From positions 72,664,001 to 72,728,000 of the forward strand of contig NC_043003.1 in the NCBI RefSeq assembly GCF_006345805.1: DNA of 64,000 nt, given 5' to 3'. Shown here in pieces: positions 13,020 through 24,332 of the stretch. The position numbers and the translations under genes were made by a program. The notes under the pieces are model-generated. The model had not been told where the DNA came from, made no database searches, and saw nothing but the letters and a program-made list of their open reading frames with translations. Within the stretch, counting starts at the first letter, position 1. Each line of letters starts with the position of its first letter. Source of the DNA: Octopus sinensis (lineage: Eukaryota).

Positions 13020-13365
13020 TCTGTATGCACTGGAAAGTCCCAAAGACCATCAAAGCTAATAAACCAAATATTGTTGTGAAAGACCAAACTAATAAAATCT
13101 GTTTATTGATTGACTTGAGCATGCCTTGTGATCATAATATCTGAGCAAAAAAAATTTGATAAGCTCAGAAAATATAAAGATTTTCAAATCAAAATCAAAA
13201 AGATGTGGCATCTCAAGATGGTTACAATGTAATTGATTGTAGGAGTGCTTGGAATGATCAAAAAAGGAACCGAAAATTATTTGAAGATGATCCTTGGTTT
13301 ACCATCCATGAAAGAAGTGAAACAAATTGTCTTAAATGGTATGTCACATGTATTGAGAAATATAT
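13020..13365 (+). mobile_element. R4/Dong-like non-LTR retrotransposon 3' RLE fragment
   Basis: IKANKPNIVVKD..CLLIDLSMPCDHNI..KLRKYKD..KMWHLK..IVGVLGMI..KQIVLNGMSHVLRNIL resembles R4-clade RLE C-termini (N.PDI, ID..P.D, KY.DL, IVGALG). Confidence 0.75.
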
Positions 13366-15066
13366 TGTTGGCGATAGGAAGTGCATCCAGCTGTAGAAAC
13401 TGCCAAATCAAGATTGGAGCCTGGTGCAGCCATCTGGTTCGCCAGCCCTCAGACAAACTCGTCCAACCCATGCTAGCATGGAAAGCGGACATTAAACGAT
13501 GATGATGATGATTGTCACTGTGAACTCTCTTTCCTTTTATTTTCTTTAGTTTCTTTTTTTTTCCGTTATTTTCTTTTTCTTTTCCTCTGTCTATCTTCCC
13601 CTTTTTCTCTCTCACATGACATTGTAAATGAACAATCTGTTGTCTTTATTTTAATGGCCTACCAATATATACAGTGAGTTTCTTTGCCTTAGGTGTTCGG
13701 AAAACACTCAGCAAGAAATGAAAACAAAATTGAAAGAAGAAGATAATGATGATGATTTCAAATTTTGGCACAAGGCCAGCAGTTTGGGGAAGGGGTTAAG
13801 TCAATTGTACCATCATACCACCATGAAAAAACAGAAAGAGAAATTTTTCTGCGTGATTTAAGGGGTATTTAGGTGTTATTTTTAGCACATCTCACAACCA
13901 CCTGATACCCTCCTCATTTGTTTGTCATTCTGACGTATTGATGTTTTTTTAATATCTTTTGCCCCATAAACACTTTTAATGGTCTATTGCTAGGATTTAA
14001 ACCAAAAATTTGAACTGAAGTAGTGTTCTGAATATGTTGTAGTGTTTTCAATGGATTTAGAGGTATTATTTTGTTGACTAAGAAAGGATGAAAGGCAAAG
14101 ACAACTGTGGCAGAATTTGAACTCAGAACATGAAGGTGGATGAAATGCCACTAAGCATTTCGCCTGGTGTGCTAACAATTCTACCAGCTCACCACCTTCA
14201 TAATGATAATAATAATAATAATGGCTTCAAATTTTGGCACAAGGCCTGCAGTTTCAGGGGTGGTGGTAAGTTGATTGCATCAACCCTGGTGATCAACTGG
14301 TACTTATTTTACTGACCCTCGAAAAGATGAAAGGCAAGTTGACCTTACCAGCATGTAAACTCAGAACATAAAGACAGGCAAAATGCCATTAAGCATTTTA
14401 CCTGGCATACAGGGCTGGATTGATAGGTGGTGGATGAAGAGGGCAATTGCCCTGAGCCACCCTCGATATCAGGGTTGCTATGAAGGGTATGGTACACCCA
14501 ATACAGGGATGCCCCACCTCCCAGCATTCTTGCATGCAGAAACTGTCTTTCAATATACAAACATATCTTTAAAAATGAGATGGATCCTCATTTTTGATAA
14601 ATAACCATAGATTTTTTTCAGATTATTGACACCAATTCATTCAATTAAAAAACAGTTTGCTAACCTTGTCCCAAAAGTTGCTACAATTCCCTTGGGAATT
14701 AATTGTTGCTGCTTTTGGGACAAGGACAGAGAAAAAGTATGTATCTGTGAGTGTGTCTGCATTTGTATGTGAGAGAAAAAGTATGAATGTATGTAAGGAT
14801 AGATAAAGAGATAATTACATTTATGTTTACATGTTTTTCATTAAATCAAATCTTTTTTTTTCCTTTCTTTTTTTTTCTCAGGATTTTTCATCATTTTCTC
14901 AAATACTTGAAATTACTTCTAGGAGAGTGGGTCAAATTGATAACTGGAACAAAATGAGTAATTAACAATTTCTTGTTATTTTCACACCACTTGTTTGAAA
15001 CCATTGCATTGCAAGTGCTGCACCATCTTTGGAAGTAAACATTGATCACCATAGTTGTTGCAGTTG

Positions 15067-15480
15067 AGAGTGGCTGTGTGGTAAGTAGCTTGCTTACCAA
15101 CCACTTGGTTCTGGGTTCAGTCCCACTGCGTGGCCCCTTGGCCAAGTGTCTTCTACTATAGCCTCAGGCCAACCAAAGCCCTTGTAAGTGGATTTGATAG
15201 ATGGAAACTGAAAGGTGCCCGTCATATTTACATATATATATGTATGTATATATGTATGTGTATTTGTGTGTCTGTGTTCGTTCCCCTCCCCCCATCATTT
15301 CTTGACAACCGATGCTGTTGTGTTTATGTTCTCGTAACTTAGCAGCGATTCGGCAAAATAGACCGAAAGGATAAGTACTAGGCTTACAAAGAATAAGTCT
15401 TTGGGGTGATTTGTTTGACTAAAAGCAATGCTCCAGCATGGCCACAGTCAAATGACTGAAACAAGTAAAAGAATAAAAGA
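15067..15480 (+). mobile_element. Full-length tRNA-derived SINE
   Basis: Pol III A/B-box-like head (TGGCTGTGTGGTAAG..GGTTCAGTCCC), body CCTTGG.CAAGTGTCTTCTACTATAGCC, an internal (TA/TG)n tract and a GTAAAAGAATAAAAGAA tail. Many further copies are in the window. Confidence 0.85.
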
Positions 15481-16487
15481 ATAGTCAAGTAACAGGTACT
15501 TTTTTTTTCAAGAAAGTTTCCTTCGACTTTAACTCAGTTGTAATTGAGGTAGTTAATAAAATATCTAGCTAATTTTTAGTGTTTTTCTGTTGGACTGCAC
15601 ATAAATTTTTTTCCCACATTAATGTCCAATTTGATAATTTTCAATTTTCAAAAAAATGTCTAAATCGGGGCAAAATGAGTAATGACTAATTTTGATAATT
15701 TTTTTTCTCTTTAATTGCATATGTATCAGAAAGAGAGCCAGGTAGAATTCTGCTTTTAGCACCCCGTATAACCCTTCATAACTTTTTTATTTTTTGGAAT
15801 TTTCAGAAAATTTTTACAAATTTGTATTCTACACACAGAAATTCATACCACTATGAAAAAACAAAAAGAGAAATTTTTCTGTGTGATTTAAGGGGTATTT
15901 AGCTGTTGTTTTTAACACATCTCACGACCACTTGATACTCGCCTGGTGTATTATTTTATCAACATCGAAGGATAAACATTGTAAATAATTTATAGTTATT
16001 GGGAAAAGAAGCGTTGTCTCTCTCTAAAGAAAAAGACCAGTCAGTATTGAGAGAGTTCCTCTATGATGGTAGGGCCAGACATTTACAAGGGTTCTAGTTG
16101 CATGCTGTTCATGTTTAGGGGTGGAGTTCAGTATTGTTTTCTTAAAACAGCTTGATTGTGTGTTTGTACTGTTGAAGAAGACAAAATTGGTATGATCCCA
16201 TTGAAAGATATTTTCAATATCTCTGTTCATGGAGTTATTGTAGATTTGGTGTGAAGTATTTAGGTTGTGTGTTTGGTTATGGAAGGTTAGAGACAAAATA
16301 AATACTTCATCATATTGTGTTAGATAAACCCTTCAGTGCTGATCTAACACCACATTTAGAACCACACCCCATCCTGCTTAACATTTTATGTGTATGGACA
16401 GTATAGTTAATTCTATATTTCTAAAAGAAATAGGGTGAGATCTAAGAATGATTTAAAATTCTATCCAGTGGTAGGATTATCTCTTAA

Positions 16488-16707
16488 CCCTTTAACATTC
16501 AGTTTATCATGTCAAATATAATGTTTATTTATTCATATTGTTTTGGATTAATCATGTATTATCTCATAGCTATGAGGTTTTGATCATGTAATTGTTTATT
16601 TTTAGATTGACATTGTAGGGTAGGTGTGAGAGGCTTGATCTATTTGGTTTGAACATACAACAGATAGAATATTTTGGCCAGATGTGGCTGGTTTAAATGC
16701 TAACAGG
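16488..16707. mobile_element. piggyBac-type MITE (TTAA TSD)
   Basis: TTAA|CCCTTTAACATT...AATGCTAACAGG|TTAA. It is an inverted copy of the family at 30498-30718. Confidence 0.75.
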
Positions 16708-17327
16708 TTAATCTATTTAATGCCACCAAACCATTGCCCTTTACCATTAATCTGAGTTTTAGAGCTCTTTTTAAAAGATTTTTTAGACACTTGATTTTTA
16801 AATTTCATTATCTATTTGTCCTTACTTTAGAAGGAAAGAATTAACAGCAATATCACCAAGACTAATATTATTTTTTCTTTAATAGAAATTATTGACATGC
16901 TGTGTTTTGGATGCTTAAGCATTGAAACTTCTGGTCTGAACACTGAAGACAGACCTGTTAGTGTTGTTGCTATTATCGTTACTTTTATTGTCATGTGTGC
17001 TTATTTCATTTTATTATTGAGACTTTATGACCAATTTTGAGACAATGAAAGAACCTCCACTTGGTTATACAATGTGCTACAAATGACCACCAAATTTCCC
17101 TTAAATCACACCCTAGTGTCTTCAAAAAAAGATACATTGCAAATGTGGTCCTAGATATCCCTAAAATTAGGTAATAACAACATTATCAAATTATTTTCAG
17201 TATTGTTTTATTATTCTTAATTTGTAAAAACTTATTAATAAAAATTGTCATTGAGCTTCAGTAAAACACTCAATATTCTCTTTTCTCTCTTTTTTAAAGG
17301 TCTTCACTTCATTTTTAATTCTTAGCA

Positions 17328-17567
17328 ATGGGTAATTTTTTCACGAAAGCACCAATTGCAAGTAGCCCGGAGTTTGCTAAGTTTGTTGAAAAAACTATTC
17401 ATGAAAACTGTATTGTGGTTTTCTCCAAGACCTACTGCCCCCATTGTAACACTGTGAAAACAATATTTGATAATCTTAGTGTAAATTACAAAACTATTGA
17501 ATTGAACAAACGAGAAGATGGTGAGCAGATCATGTCTGTACTGCAAGAAATTTCCCATAGGAGAACG
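17328..17567 (+). CDS. GLRX2: Glutaredoxin-2-like, coding exon 1 (aa 1-80)
   Basis: MGNFFTK..ENCIVVFSKTYCPHC..YKTIELNKREDGEQIMSVLQEISHRRT contains a dithiol CxxC in Grx context. Phase-0 donor ACG|GTAAAT at 17567/68. Candidate upstream acceptors at 17299 and 17325. Confidence 0.92.
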
Positions 17568-18314
17568 GTAAATTCATGAGATTTTTATTATTCATTTCTT
17601 TTTGCATACACATCTACATAAAAAGATGTTTTCCTATAATTATCTATATATCTTCTCTGCCCATTAATCCTGGGAATTACATGGGGCTACTTAGGAAACT
17701 CCTCCATTGGATCCTCTCAGAAGCAACTGTCATTACACTTTGCATATGGATTCCCAAACATAAACAAATGAGTCTGTGGATATAGTAATGGGTTTCATAA
17801 ACTGAAATTTGAAAGTAGGACACAATGAAGGCCAAATCAAAACATCATCACTGTTGCTTTTTTACCTCTGCTATATCCTTTGTTTCTTTGATCTAGATAG
17901 TTGCATTTCACCTCTACCTGTCTCCCTTCTCATCACACCTACTGTGCCTCTACACATACTATTATATCCAATCCTTTCATTGTAAAGCATCATTCCACCT
18001 CAATTTCATCAATTTACAGATGGTCATTGAACATGAAATGAATCAGTCTCACCATTATAGGGGCAAATGGGGTCTGTCATAAGCACTGTCCCCATTGTTT
18101 TGATTTCATGGGGTGGAGGCTGTCATTAAGCTTCTGTTTTTTGTTTTTTTTCCTCCTGGGACAATCATAAACAAAACATTTACAGTTAGCTAGCCTTAGC
18201 TACTATTTTCTAAATCAGGGTCTATCTTCCATGCTGTTTACATGACTGTATATGTTTCCTATAATAATACAAACTATGAATTATAACTAGTTTATATATT
18301 TACTTTTATTTCAG

Positions 18315-18437
18315 GTTCCTCGTGTATTTGTGAATGGTAACTGTATTGGTGGCTGTGATGATACAAAAGCTCTCTATCAATCAGGGAAACTTCAAGAGAA
18401 GATAAATGAGTGTTCTGAAACGAAAGAAACATCCTAA
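18315..18437 (+). CDS. GLRX2: Glutaredoxin-2-like, coding exon 2 (aa 81-120, stop)
   Basis: Acceptor TTTTATTTCAG|GTT. VPRVFVNGNCIGGCDDTKALYQSGKLQEKINECSETKETS* completes the TVP and GGxDD glutathione-binding motifs. The extra Cys pair (NCIVV / NEC) is characteristic of Grx2. Confidence 0.93.
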   Translation, partial: VPRVFVNGNCIGGCDDTKALYQSGKLQEKINECSETKETS

Positions 18438-20463
18438 TGTTATTGTTCCCACTCCATTTCATCATGCATTTGGATTTCTGCTGGTTAGCCAGTATTTCTA
18501 TTGGAATGTTCTCCTTGTAGAACTACTGTAAAAAAAATTGTATTAGAATTTAAGACTAATTTATCATGAAATGAGAAAATTGAATTGAAAATAATATCAA
18601 ACTAGTTAAAAAATTTGGACATAAAAAGACACAATTTACATATGTTAAAAAAAACTAATAAATTATTTATTTTTCGCATAATTAAAAAAAATCAAGTGGA
18701 TATTAAGTGTTTTTTCATACAGTTGTTGTTCTTGTTTCATTCTGAGAAAGCCTTGTGCAAGCTCTATCATCAAAACCATGGGTTGAATGGTTCAACAGAA
18801 TTTGGTAAACCTGAAGACTGCCTCAATCTCAAGTGTTTACTTCACCATGGGTTTCTAAAGCTGGATACCTTTCCTAATACCAACCACTGTTTAAAGTGTC
18901 AATGACAAATATGAGAGATGTTGAGAATGATAACAGATATGAGGGGATATTAAAGTTGAACTATAGTAGTTATAACAGGAAGCTCAGGGAAAAGTAAAAG
19001 CTAAATGGTAGCACAGAAAAGGGTCATCAGTGGAAAAGGACTATATATGTATATAAATACACACCCACAAGCATATATAAAAATCATCCAGTCCACACTG
19101 TAAAGTGGTTGGCATTTATTTGGAAGGGCATCTGGCTGTAAAAAAAAACATGCCAAAACTGACCTCTCCTGTGATGGTGCTATGCAAAAAGCACTCGGTT
19201 CACTCTGCAGAGTGACTGGTGTTAAGAAAGGCATCCAGCTGTAAAAAGCCTGCCGAAACAGACACAGTAGCCGGAGTTAGGCTTCTGCTTAGCTGGCTCC
19301 TGTCAAAGTGTCCAACCCATTCCTGCATGGAAGACAGACATTAAATGATGATGATATATATCATCATTTAGTTTCCATGCAGGCATGGGTCACACGATTT
19401 GATACAATCCTGTGGGTTCAAAGACTTTGTGCTCCAATGTTCTCTATGGCATAATTTCTATGCCTGTGTGCCCTTCCTAAAGCCAACCACTTTACTGTGA
19501 GCACTGGATACTTTTATGCCACCAACACTAGTGAAGTCGTCATGTAGCTTGTAAGGTTAAGAACCCAGAATACGGGGTGTCGGATTTATGCTTAGAGATA
19601 AGGGGTAGGAAGAAATGTGAATTTTATAGAAAATTTATAGGCTTGTATGTTACTTGACTTAAATGTCATTATCATTACAGGAAAATATGCTAAGCTTGAT
19701 ATTATAATTAATATTAAGATTATTAAAACCAGTGAGCTGGCAGAGTCATCAAAACACCAGGCAGAATGCTTAGCAGCATTTGTTCTAGCTGAAACTGCAA
19801 AATGGAATCAAACTGCTCTCACATCAAAGATCCAAAATCACTCATAGCTCACCTCCCTAAGGAATTAACAGCTAAAATCCTCCCATTCTATTGCTGATGT
19901 ACAGCCACTTGGCTAGTCCATCACATTAAGGGATGGATGGTCAAAGTAAAGCTAAATGGACTTGACCATCACATAGTGAACCAAAATGGGTAGCTAAAAT
20001 TCAAGAGTAATCATGCTTCTGCTACAACTACCCTCTCACCAGAGAATCAATGAAAACCAGAGAAAATGTTGCCAAGAGAAAAAATATACAACAAATGTTA
20101 ACAAAAATGTACATGAAAAAAGAAAAGAATATGAGCAAACAGTGTCCAATAAAAATGAACAATACATCAAATGTGAAAATATAGCCAAAAGTTCATATTG
20201 ATGGCTGAAAATGTTAATAACAGTTCAAGATAAAGTCTTTAGAAAATTGCTGTTATTTCTAGTAACAGCAAAAATCAAAGAAGCACATAAAAAAGCAATG
20301 ACTGTAAATTGTGTGAAGCAGACAGTCAAAGGATTTTGAAATTTCAAAATGTATTGTGTTTCAAAAGTGAAACCAAACTGCTCTCACATCAAAGATCCAA
20401 AACTACTCATAGCAAAAACAGAATGCAAACTAAAACACAAGACTACAGACAAACTCCACTCAG

Positions 20464-20512
<49 letters not shown>

Positions 20513-20549
20513 GTGTATAACTCTCTTTTGTCTGTAATATTTGTCTAAA

Positions 20550-23435
20550 GGACAACCTGCTGAGAGCCACTGACCAGATCTGTGGCTGGTGCAAAGTCCC
20601 CTCCCGACCTAAAATAACATGGTGGTGGAACAATGTTGTAGACAGGGCTATTAGAGAAAAGAGATAGGCTTGGAAGGACTCGAAGAATGGGGGTAGCAGG
20701 AAATTGTATCAAACTGCCAGAAGGGAAGCTAGGAGACAGGTTTATTTAGCCAGAGGGGAAGCGGATAAGAAAAAATTTGCCAATGTTCTGCACCGTGAGG
20801 ACCAAAGACTTAACGTATTTCATGTTGCAAGACAGTGTGTGAGAGAGAATCGTGATGTGGTAGGAGAGAAATGTGTTCGCATGGATGATGGTTCACTTGC
20901 GCTAAATGAGGATGCAAAGAGAGAGGTTTGGAGACGCCACTATGAAAGATGGCTGAATAAAGAAAATGAATGGGATAAAGAGAGTCTGCCGAATGTCGAC
21001 CCAACAGAGGGACCAGCTATCCAAGTTGACAGTTCCTTGGTAGTTAAGGCAATTAGAAGCATGAAGACAGGGAAAGCCCCAGGCCCATCAGGAATTACTG
21101 CAGAGATGCTCAAAATATCTGTTAGTGTCAGCTATAGCCTAGTCACCCGTATAGTTAACCAGTGATACACGAAGGAGTCATACCCAATGACTGGTGTAGC
21201 AGCATAATAGTCAACTGCTACAAAGGTAAAGGTGACGCCCTAGATACAAATAATTACAGAGGTATCGAGCTGTTGGATCAGTTAATGAAGGTTACGGAGA
21301 GGGTCATAGCCCAACTAATTAGAGAGAGAGTTAGTTTGGATGAGATACAGTTTGGGTTTGTGCCAGGGAAAAGCACCACTGATGCCATATTTCTGGTAAA
21401 ACAGCTGCAGAGAAATATCTAGCCAAAGATAAGCCCCTGTACCTGGCTTTCGTTGACATGGAGAAAGCCTTCGACAGGGTCCCCCGATCCCTTATCTGGT
21501 GGTCAATGAGGAAACTGGGGATAGATGAATGGTTAGTGAGAGCTGTGCAAGCCATGTACAGGGACGCTGCTAGTAAGGTGAGGGTTGGCAACGAGTACAG
21601 TGAAAAATTCCGGGTAGAGGTTGGGGTCCACCAAGGTTCAGTCCTCAGCCCCCTTCTATTTATCATAGTCCTCCAGGCAATAACGGAGGAATTCAAGACA
21701 GGTTGCTCGTGGGAGCTCCTCTACGCTGATGACCTTGCTCTAATTGCTGAGTCACTATCAGAACTGGAGGAGAAGTTCCAGGTGTGGAAGCAAGGATTAG
21801 AATCGAAGGGCCTTAGAGTCAACCTAGCTAAAACCAAAGTCCTAATAAGTAGGAAGGTAGACAAGTCACAAACGCCTTCAGGTAGATGGCCCTGCACGAT
21901 CTGTAGGAAAGACGTAGGTATGTAGTGGATGTGTGTGTATGTAAACAAATACATAAACCGTTTCATGATTAAAAGGAATTTAATTACAGGGTTATAAGTA
22001 CACTACATACAAATGTAAGCAAATGCTACGAATTGCTCGTATAGAGCACATATTAAAAATGAATATGTTTGTGTGTGTGTGTTTCATTCGAAACAGTAGT
22101 CGATAGATACTGTGAGCATTTCTCTCTGTCTGTCGTCTGCCAAAACGCGGGGCGAAATAGATCTGTCTGCTGCCGTCTCCGCTGCGATTGTCCTTTCTCT
22201 GTTTTTCCCCTTGTATTTATAATATTTGTGACAGCTAGAAAAACAGACATATCGCAATAGACACAGTGCTTATTTAGGTCATCACTTGTCCAGTTGAACT
22301 TAGCCTGACATGGCTGAGGTCGCCGGTCAAAGGGAGATGATCGATCACTTTTTGACAGAACAAAGGGATTCTTACTTTTGCGCCTTTGATTGCATTGGGT
22401 TGGACGACCGATGATTCTTGGATTCGATTTCGAATCTAGGCTTAGAGAAGGAAGTGCTAATTCTTACAGGTAGAAACTCTATAAGATGCACCAAGTGCAA
22501 GCTATGGACACATAAGAAGTGCAGCAACATCAAGGGAAGGCTAACTGGGAAGATAGTTTTTGTATGTGGCAGATGCTCAGGAGCAATAAACACTGAAAAT
22601 ACGCAGAGACCAACTTCCGCCACATTCCAGGGAGAAAAACTAGAAATAGTTGATAGCTTCCGTTACCTAGGTGACCGAGTCAGTAGCGGGGGCGGGTGTG
22701 TTGAAAGTGTAACTGCTAGAGTAAGAATAGCCTGGGCAAAGTTCAGAGAGCTCTTACCTCTGCTAGGGACAAAAGGCCTCTCGCTCAGAGTAAAAGGCAG
22801 ACTGTATGACGCATGTGTACGAACAGCCATGCTACATGGCAGTGAAACATGGGCCGTGACTGCTGAGGATATGCGTAAGCTCGCAAGAAATGAAGCCAGT
22901 ATGCTCCGATGGATGTGTAATGTCAGTGTTCATACTCGACAGAGTGTAAGTACCCTGAGAGAAAAGTTGGACCTAAGAAGCATCAGTTGTGGTGTGCAAG
23001 AGAGACGTTTGCGCTGGTATGGTCATGTGGTGAGAATGGATGAAGATGGGTGTGTGAAAAAGTGCTACACCCTAGCGGTTGAGGGAACCTGTGGAAGAGG
23101 TAGACCCAGGAAAACCTGGGACGAGGTGGTGAAGCACGACCTTCGAACTTTAGGTCTCACCGAGGAAATGACCAGAGACCGAGACCTTTGGAAGTATGCT
23201 GTGAGTGAGAAGACCCGGCAGGACAAGCAAGGCCATAACCCGTGGCCTCAGTCCACTTATGCCTACCTTTCCTTCTTGGGAGACAAAACTCTACTCGTGA
23301 AGACCTGTTGAGGCAAGTGAAAAACAAAATCAAAATCAAAATCGATCAACATCAATGGAAATCGCAGCTGTGATACCAGTGCCGGTGGCACATAAGAGAA
23401 CCATCCGAGCGTAGCCATTGTCAGCGCTGCCCCGA
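20550..23435 (+). mobile_element. RTE-clade LINE, 5'-truncated and frameshifted, interrupted by a solo LTR
   Basis: RT motifs KTGKAPGPSGI, NYRGI, QFGF, KAFDRVP, GVHQGSVLSPLLF and LLYADDL, then a PHD-like Cys region, FRYLGD, LHGSETW, RLRWYGHV and GRGRPRKTW. Frameshifts near 21163 and 21410. Confidence 0.95.
21921..22468 (-). mobile_element. Solo LTR (Gypsy-like, 4-bp TSD) nested in the RTE ORF
   Basis: Termini TGTAG...TTACA. TSD GGTA at 21917-21920 and 22469-22472. Minus-strand TATAAAT (~22214-22220) and ATTAAA (~21978-21983) suggest antisense orientation. The LINE frame resumes exactly after it. Confidence 0.85.
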
Positions 23436-23454
23436 CTACCTTCTCCCTTTCACT

Positions 23455-23869
23455 TTTAAACAAAATAAATAAAAAAAATTACGGAAATTAATGAACAAAA
23501 CCAGCTGATCCAGATGACAGATTTGAGAGTCAAAGCGACAATTCTGAGAGGGAATAGCATTACAAAATTTTTTTGCGGTGCATTCAACATATCTCAGCTC
23601 CAAAGATTTGGCTGCTATTTCTAGCACGTAACAGCTATTTGTGATAAAGGACCGAAATACCTATTACGTGGTAGCAGGGCGTACAAGAAATAGCAGCCAA
23701 ATCTTTCCTTTTTCTTGGGAAAGGTACCGTTTACTCGTGATTTCGATGTCACATTCGTTGAAAGCATGCGAAATAACCTGGAAAATGTGGGGAAAAATCC
23801 TTGAAACAAAACTCCGTTACCGAGAAACTCAGACTTTCCAGGTGGCCCAACGGGTCACGGGCATTCTAG
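23455..23869 (+). mobile_element. Probable Helitron 3' end (5' boundary uncertain)
   Basis: GC-rich imperfect hairpin GCCCAACGGGTCACGGGC followed by ATTCTAG|T at 23866-23870. Confidence 0.5.
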
Positions 23870-23959
23870 TATTTAAATAAAAACATCATTAAAAATAACA
23901 TTAATTATAAAATAGAACGACGTATAAAAGTCAACAGAAATTATGGTCCTGTTTTATTT

Positions 23960-24310
23960 GCTATCACTGATGTTCTGTTACTATAGTAAACAACATTCCG
24001 ACTTCGTTTCAGAAATTCAAGTAATCCATAATATTTTTATACATTCCCTAGTTCCTCCGAGAAAGAAAAGTTCGCAATTCTCCACTTATTGGTCAAACGA
24101 TTAAAAGCAAGAAGAAGAAAAGCAGTAAAATATATGGCGTATTAAAACTAATTTAGTATTCGTTAAATTTACCAGAAATCATGTTAATTATTTCCTTAGA
24201 TTTAATATTGAATTTTTTTTTAAATGGCTATTTCGTCAAGTGCGGCTTCAGAACGGAGAACTAGCTCTATCTCTAAATCACTTCCTCGCAACGAGTAAAC
24301 AAACATGGCG
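23960..24310 (+). promoter_or_regulatory. Putative FOPNL promoter/5' UTR
   Basis: Repeat-free, relatively CpG-retaining stretch before the ATG. Contains an X-box-like GTTACTATAGTAAAC (23977-23991), forkhead-like GTAAACAA (23986, 24295), ETS-like CACTTCC and YY1-like AACATGGCG over the start codon. Confidence 0.5.
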
Positions 24311-24332
24311 CAAGTGAAAGATTTAAAAAACG
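24305..24332 (+). CDS. FOPNL: FOPNL/FOR20/CEP20 exon 1
   Basis: ATG GCG CAA GTG AAA GAT TTA AAA AAC G|GTAAAT encodes MAQVKDLKN, resembling vertebrate MATVAELKA. Phase 1 fits exon 2. Confidence 0.85.

Noticed and set aside
14850-14965. Strong acceptor (poly-Y..CTCAG at 14881) as a Grx2 5' UTR exon
   Set aside because: No convincing donor or coding signal, and the downstream sequence resembles a repeat at ~15670. Unsupported without transcripts.
15067-15140. tRNA gene-like A/B boxes in several places
   Set aside because: They are SINE heads. No complete cloverleaf was seen and each continues into a repeated SINE body.
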